This document shows, piece by piece, positions 59,331 through 64,000 of a stretch of DNA of 64,000 bases. Within the stretch, counting starts at the first letter, position 1. Every line of letters starts with the position of its first letter. Location: assembly GCA_965140445.1 (NCBI GenBank), contig OZ223236.1, positions 1,920,001-1,984,000 of the forward strand. The letters run 5' to 3'. The notes under the pieces were generated by a model, which was given only the letters and a program-made list of their open reading frames with translations, had not been told where the DNA came from and made no database searches. A program made the translations under genes and the position numbers. The DNA comes from Candidatus Ozemobacteraceae bacterium. Its GTDB lineage: Bacteria; Muiribacteriota; Ozemobacteria; Ozemobacterales; Ozemobacteraceae.

Positions 59331-60701
59331 ATGGCATATAAAGTAGTAGTTATTGGAGTTAATCACGCGGGGACATCAGCGATCAGAACCCTGCTTTCGC
59401 AGAATTCAGCGCATCAGGTTACGGCATTTGACCGCAACGACAACATTTCCTTTCTCGGATGCGGTATCGCTCTTTCTGTTAGTGGCGTAGTAAAAAACGT
59501 GAAAGACCTCTTTTATTCAAACTGTAACGAATTGCAGAAACTGGGCGCGGAAATTCACATGAAAACTGAGGTAACTCGCGTTGACACTGACAAAAAGATT
59601 GTTTTTGCCCGAAACATTGAAACCGGCGAAGAAATGCAGACACCATATGACAAACTGATTTATGCAGCCGGTTCGTGGCCAATCGAATTCAATGTTACCA
59701 ACAAAGACTTAAATAACATTTTTGTCTGCAAATTGTTTCAGCATGCAGCCGAATTGATCGAAAAAGCCTCTGAGCCAGAAATCAAAAGTGTTGCAGTTGT
59801 GGGAGCCGGGTACATAGGAATCGAACTGGCTGAAGCTTACCATCAGAAAGGCAAAAAAGTGACTCTCATAGATCTTCAGGAGAGAGTTGTTCCTGCTTAC
59901 TTCGATACAGAATTCACGGATTGCCTCGAAGAAAACATTAAAAAGGAAGGCGTAAATCTCCTTCTTGGTACAAAGGTTACTGGATATAAGGGTGACGAAA
60001 ACGGCGCTGTTCGCCAGGTAGTAACAGACAAAGGCACTTTTGATGCTGACCTGGTTATCCAGTGTGTTGGATTCAAGCCCAATACAGATCTCTTGCCCGG
60101 GGTGGAAAAACTTCCTAACGGTGCTGTGATAGTAGATGCTGGTATGAGAACCTCGATTCCTGATGTGTTTGCCATCGGAGATTCAGCCGCTATTCATCAT
60201 GCATCAACCAATTCTCATCGCCATGTTGCTCTTGCTACCAACGCTGTGAAGGGTGGGGTGGTTGCCGCAAGTCAGATAAACGGAATTGAACAGGTTAAGC
60301 TTGAAAGCATCGCCGGCACAAATGCTATCTGTGCCTTCGGAAATATGTTAGCGAGCACTGGTTTAAGTGAAACCGCTGCAAAAGCAGCCGGATTTGATGT
60401 CGCCAGCTCATTTTATTCTGACAATGATCGCCCTGAATTCATGGGAAGCACCGAAAAAGTCAGCGTAAAACTCGTTTTTGACAAAAATACGCTCAGACTA
60501 CTTGGTGCACAGATTGGTTCTTACGGTGAAATTCCACATACCGAGTGCATTTTCTATTTGTCACTGGCCATTCAGAAACAGATGAGCTTAATTGAATTGG
60601 CTACCACAGACGTTTATTTCCTGCCTCACTTTAACAAACCTTTCAACTTTATCATTTCAGCAATCTTACAGGCCCTTGGTATCAATTACATGAAAGACTG
60701 A
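59331..60701 (+). CDS. nox: H2O-forming NADH oxidase (FAD-dependent, redox Cys)
   Basis: IG.NHAG, ISFLGCG, VVGAGYIG.E, TS.PDVFAIGD, LATNA and FLPHFNKPFN. Confidence 0.85.
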   Translation: MAYKVVVIGVNHAGTSAIRTLLSQNSAHQVTAFDRNDNISFLGCGIALSVSGVVKNVKDLFYSNCNELQKLGAEIHMKTEVTRVDTDKKIVFARNIETGEEMQTPYDKLIYAAGSWPIEFNVTNKDLNNIFVCKLFQHAAELIEKASEPEIKSVAVVGAGYIGIELAEAYHQKGKKVTLIDLQERVVPAYFDTEFTDCLEENIKKEGVNLLLGTKVTGYKGDENGAVRQVVTDKGTFDADLVIQCVGFKPNTDLLPGVEKLPNGAVIVDAGMRTSIPDVFAIGDSAAIHHASTNSHRHVALATNAVKGGVVAASQINGIEQVKLESIAGTNAICAFGNMLASTGLSETAAKAAGFDVASSFYSDNDRPEFMGSTEKVSVKLVFDKNTLRLLGAQIGSYGEIPHTECIFYLSLAIQKQMSLIELATTDVYFLPHFNKPFNFIISAILQALGINYMKD

Positions 60702-60734
60702 TGTTCAAACCTAAAACTTTTTAACGAAGCAAAT

Positions 60735-60770
60735 CCGGGCTTTGAACAAAATAGTTCAGAGCCCGGTTTT
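60735..60770 (+). terminator. Intrinsic terminator after nox
   Basis: CCGGGCTTTGAAC-6 nt-GTTCAGAGCCCGG-TTTT. Confidence 0.8.
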
Positions 60771-60871
60771 GTAATCAAATTTGATTTTTTTTTAGCTTTA
60801 GATATAATTATAAGTGCCCCTATTTGAATAGAAGTTATTTATTGCTCCATTTGCAGATGAGAGGTAGAAAA

Positions 60872-63800
60872 GTGATAGAACCCAAACTATTTGTAGGGAT
60901 TGGTGCTTCAGCGGGTGGGTTAGAGGCGATAGAAAAATTTTTCTGTTCTGTTCCTGATAATACTGGAATGGCCTTTGTTGTTATTCAACATTTATCTCCA
61001 GATTACAAAAGCCTCATGGTTGAGTTGCTTTCAAAAAAAACAAGTCTCAGGGTCCTCAGGGCAGAGGACCAGATGGTGGTAGAGGCTGATTCTGTATATT
61101 TAATTCCGCCAAAAAAGAATATGACTATTTTTCACGGTAAGCTTTTGCTAACCGATCAAAAGCCTAGACAAGGGCTAAATTTACCTATTGATATATTTTT
61201 AAATTCCTTGGCAGAAGATCAGAGTATGAAATCTGCGGCTGTTATTTTGTCAGGAACCGGCAGCGATGGTATGCGCGGAGTTAAGGCAATAAAGGAAGCT
61301 GGCGGGTTGATTCTTGTTCAAAGTGAGGATTCTGCTAAGTTCGATGGGATGCCAAGAAGCGCTATCTCTACCGGTTTGGCAGATTTTGTTGTTCCGCCGG
61401 AAGATATGTCGGACATTTTACAAAAGTGTGTTGCCAACTCAGGTAAAATTCCCACAAACCTTATAGATGCAGAAAAAATAGACCAGGAGCATCTTACCAG
61501 AATTTTTTCTCTTTTGCGTGGTAGAACTTCAGTTGATTTTACCTATTATAAGCCCAGTACCATTCTTAGAAGGCTAGATCGCAGAATGAGTTTGAATCAA
61601 ATTCATGAATTATGCGATTACGTGAGGTTTCTTGAGACCAATCCTGCTGAAGTTGGAGTTTTGTATAAAGAATTGCTGATCGGGGTTACCAGCTTTTTTA
61701 GAGATTCTGAAACTTTCGATTTTATTGAAAAAGAAATTATTCCAAAAATTTTTGAAACTGCGGGTGATGATGGAATAAGAATCTGGGTCAGCGGTTGTTC
61801 AACAGGAGAAGAAGCTTATTCATATGCAATGATGTTTTCCGAGTATATGGAAGCCCATTCAATTAATACTGAAGTGAAAATTTTTGCTACTGATATTGAT
61901 AAAGATTCTATACTATATGCCGGAAATGGAGTCTATCCTGAGAGCTCTGCTGCTGAAATGAGCCAGAGTAGAGTGCTGAAATTCTTTCATCACCGCGGAA
62001 ATAAACTCCATATAGTAAGAAATATTAGAGAAATGGTTGTTTTTGCTCAGCATAATCTGGTTAAAGACCCTCCTTTTACGAATGTAAATCTGGTTTCATG
62101 TAGAAATTTACTGATATATCTCCAGCCTGTTTTGCAAAAAAAAGCTATGGCAATGTTCCAATTTGCATTAAAAACAAAGGGAAATGGCTTTCTTATTCTT
62201 GGCTCAAGTGAGACTACTGGTGATATGGGTGATTGCTTTGAACCGCTTGAAAGAAAGTTGCGAATTTATAAAAAAATTGGAGAAACAAGAGTTTCTTATG
62301 AAAACAATTTTCTAAGCAACTTTATTCGCGGATCTGAGAAAAGAAAATTTGATGTTAGACCTTCAAGTAGAGTTCACATTGCCAACGATGAGAGATTGTT
62401 AGACAGGTTTCTTCAATCTCTTCCAGATAATGATTTGATTCTTGCGGTGTTTGTTAATGAAGGCTCTGAAATATTGTATGTCGCAGGGAATTCAAACGGA
62501 ATTCTTGAAATCCCCGGTGGAAGAATGAGTCATGATTTGAACAAGGTTGTGTGCAGGGGTATTGCAATTCCGATTGCTACCGGCTTACAGAAGCTATTAA
62601 CAACCGGTGAAGAAGTTTTTTATAAAAAAGTTAAATTTCAATTAAACGGTGTAGATACAAATATAAACATAAATTTGCGCCTGGTTCCTCAACGAAAAGG
62701 ACAGGAAAAATTAGTTGCCATTTTGTTTAAGAGAACAAATCTGATCGAAGAAGTTCCGCAAATGGATGGAAAAGATTCATTTGATATGAGTCAGGAATCA
62801 GAACAGAGAATCTCGGATCTTGAACAGGAATTACAGTTTACAAAAGAAAATCTTCAGGCAACCATTGAGGAACTTGAAACCTCTAATGAAGAGCTTCAAG
62901 CCACCAATGAAGAATTGTTATCCTCTAATGAAGAATTACAAAGTACAAATGAAGAGCTTCAGTCTGTTAACGAAGAACTATTTACGGTTAACTCAGAATA
63001 CCAACAAAAAATTATTGAATTGACTGAACTTAACAACGACATAGACAACTTGTTTTCAGCTACCAATATCGGCACCATTTTTCTTGATGAGAATCTTGAA
63101 ATTAGAAAATTTACTTCAAATGTTTGCGATGTTTTGAAGATTCTGGATCACGATGTGGGAAGACCTTTTTCTCAGCTATGTCATCATATTGGATCTGTAA
63201 ATCTTATGGCGATTATTAAAAAGGTTGAGAAAACCAGAAGAACAGAATCTGTAGAATTTCAAAATACTGATGGGAAATGGTATTTGGCAAAGGTTTTGCC
63301 TTACCGGATTTCAGCAAAATATGTTTCTGGAATAGTTGTTTCCTTTTTAAACATTGAGGAATTTAAGACAATAGAAAAGAGATTGTTCCGCGAAAAAGAG
63401 CTATTTGGAAAAGTTGGCCAACTGGCAAAAATTGGTGGATGGGAATTGGATTTGAAAACTGAAAGAACATATTGGTCCGATGAAATTTACAGCCTTTATG
63501 GTATTTCCAGAGAGCAAAAACCTGAGGAAGTAGCCGGGCAGATGTCCTTTTATAAACCGGATGCTCAGAAAGAGCTCGCGGAGGCTATTGAAAAAACAAA
63601 AGTTGACGGAAAACTATTCGATCTAACCCTTCCTTTTAAAAATGCCCAGGGAGAAGACATGTGGGTCAGGATTAGGGGACGAGGGTATAAGAGAAACGGA
63701 GAAATTTCTGTTATTCAAGGTACCTTCCAGGATGTCTCTGATATTCGCAGACAAGTGGCTCAAAAAGATAAAGAAAAGATTTTGATTGATGTAATTTATG

Positions 63801-64000
63801 AATTGAGTTCATTTGAAGGAAAACAGAAATTAGAAGCGGAAAAATATGTTGGAGAAAAAGTTTCCAGGCTTGTTGGCAATGCCTGCTTTGATTCCTGCTT
63901 AGTAGCCCTGGTTGAAAAAAAATCCCTAAATGTTGTTTTTGCTGAAAACCGCGAAGGCAGAAAACTTGAAGTCGGTTCTTTAAATTTAAAAGAATCACTA
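60872..64000 (+). CDS. CheB-CheR fusion with coiled coil and PAS domains (3' end runs off the window)
   Basis: Absent from the ORF track. GTG start with GAGGT RBS. CheB triad motifs GIGASAGG, IQHL and SGTGSDG; CheR motifs WVSGCSTGEEAYS and SCRNLLIY; NEELQS heptads; PAS motifs. The end of the window is still in frame. Confidence 0.92.
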   Translation, partial: MIEPKLFVGIGASAGGLEAIEKFFCSVPDNTGMAFVVIQHLSPDYKSLMVELLSKKTSLRVLRAEDQMVVEADSVYLIPPKKNMTIFHGKLLLTDQKPRQGLNLPIDIFLNSLAEDQSMKSAAVILSGTGSDGMRGVKAIKEAGGLILVQSEDSAKFDGMPRSAISTGLADFVVPPEDMSDILQKCVANSGKIPTNLIDAEKIDQEHLTRIFSLLRGRTSVDFTYYKPSTILRRLDRRMSLNQIHELCDYVRFLETNPAEVGVLYKELLIGVTSFFRDSETFDFIEKEIIPKIFETAGDDGIRIWVSGCSTGEEAYSYAMMFSEYMEAHSINTEVKIFATDIDKDSILYAGNGVYPESSAAEMSQSRVLKFFHHRGNKLHIVRNIREMVVFAQHNLVKDPPFTNVNLVSCRNLLIYLQPVLQKKAMAMFQFALKTKGNGFLILGSSETTGDMGDCFEPLERKLRIYKKIGETRVSYENNFLSNFIRGSEKRKFDVRPSSRVHIANDERLLDRFLQSLPDNDLILAVFVNEGSEILYVAGNSNGILEIPGGRMSHDLNKVVCRGIAIPIATGLQKLLTTGEEVFYKKVKFQLNGVDTNININLRLVPQRKGQEKLVAILFKRTNLIEEVPQMDGKDSFDMSQESEQRISDLEQELQFTKENLQATIEELETSNEELQATNEELLSSNEELQSTNEELQSVNEELFTVNSEYQQKIIELTELNNDIDNLFSATNIGTIFLDENLEIRKFTSNVCDVLKILDHDVGRPFSQLCHHIGSVNLMAIIKKVEKTRRTESVEFQNTDGKWYLAKVLPYRISAKYVSGIVVSFLNIEEFKTIEKRLFREKELFGKVGQLAKIGGWELDLKTERTYWSDEIYSLYGISREQKPEEVAGQMSFYKPDAQKELAEAIEKTKVDGKLFDLTLPFKNAQGEDMWVRIRGRGYKRNGEISVIQGTFQDVSDIRRQVAQKDKEKILIDVIYELSSFEGKQKLEAEKYVGEKVSRLVGNACFDSCLVALVEKKSLNVVFAENREGRKLEVGSLNLKESL

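Noticed and set aside
62867..62980. 21-bp periodic tandem repeat
   Set aside because: It encodes the ordinary NEELQS heptad coiled coil of CheB-CheR fusions.

Overview
Low-GC bacterial chromosomal segment, mostly housekeeping and signalling genes. It holds a partial glycogen debranching enzyme, polA, the rimP-nusA-infB-DUF503-rbfA-nrnA-truB-ribF operon, and an OmpR-family two-component system next to a miniaturised secretin-like gene. It also has three SpoIIE/PP2C sensor phosphatases, a GGDEF sensor, recA, anmK, a sugar-type ABC cluster with one doubly frameshifted permease, ispG, pilin-like genes, pgm, nox and a partial CheB-CheR-PAS fusion. The style of the signalling proteins suggests Candidatus Riflebacteria, which is an unverified inference. 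An accessory island of about 9 kb follows a tRNA-Arg(CCT) gene. It carries an LRAT/NC-domain glycine-zipper protein, a type I restriction-modification system and a YdjM-like membrane hydrolase. The most striking element lies between hsdS and hsdR: a 99-aa GIY-YIG nuclease gene bracketed by four CGTC-tagged REP-like hairpins (8-bp stem, 4-nt loop, covarying stems; two match the Neisseria dRS3 pattern). Two further copies sit near the island ends. The layout mirrors a RAYT/REPtron but with a GIY-YIG enzyme, so it is a candidate REP-mobilising element. All calls are by eye from motifs; no searches were run.
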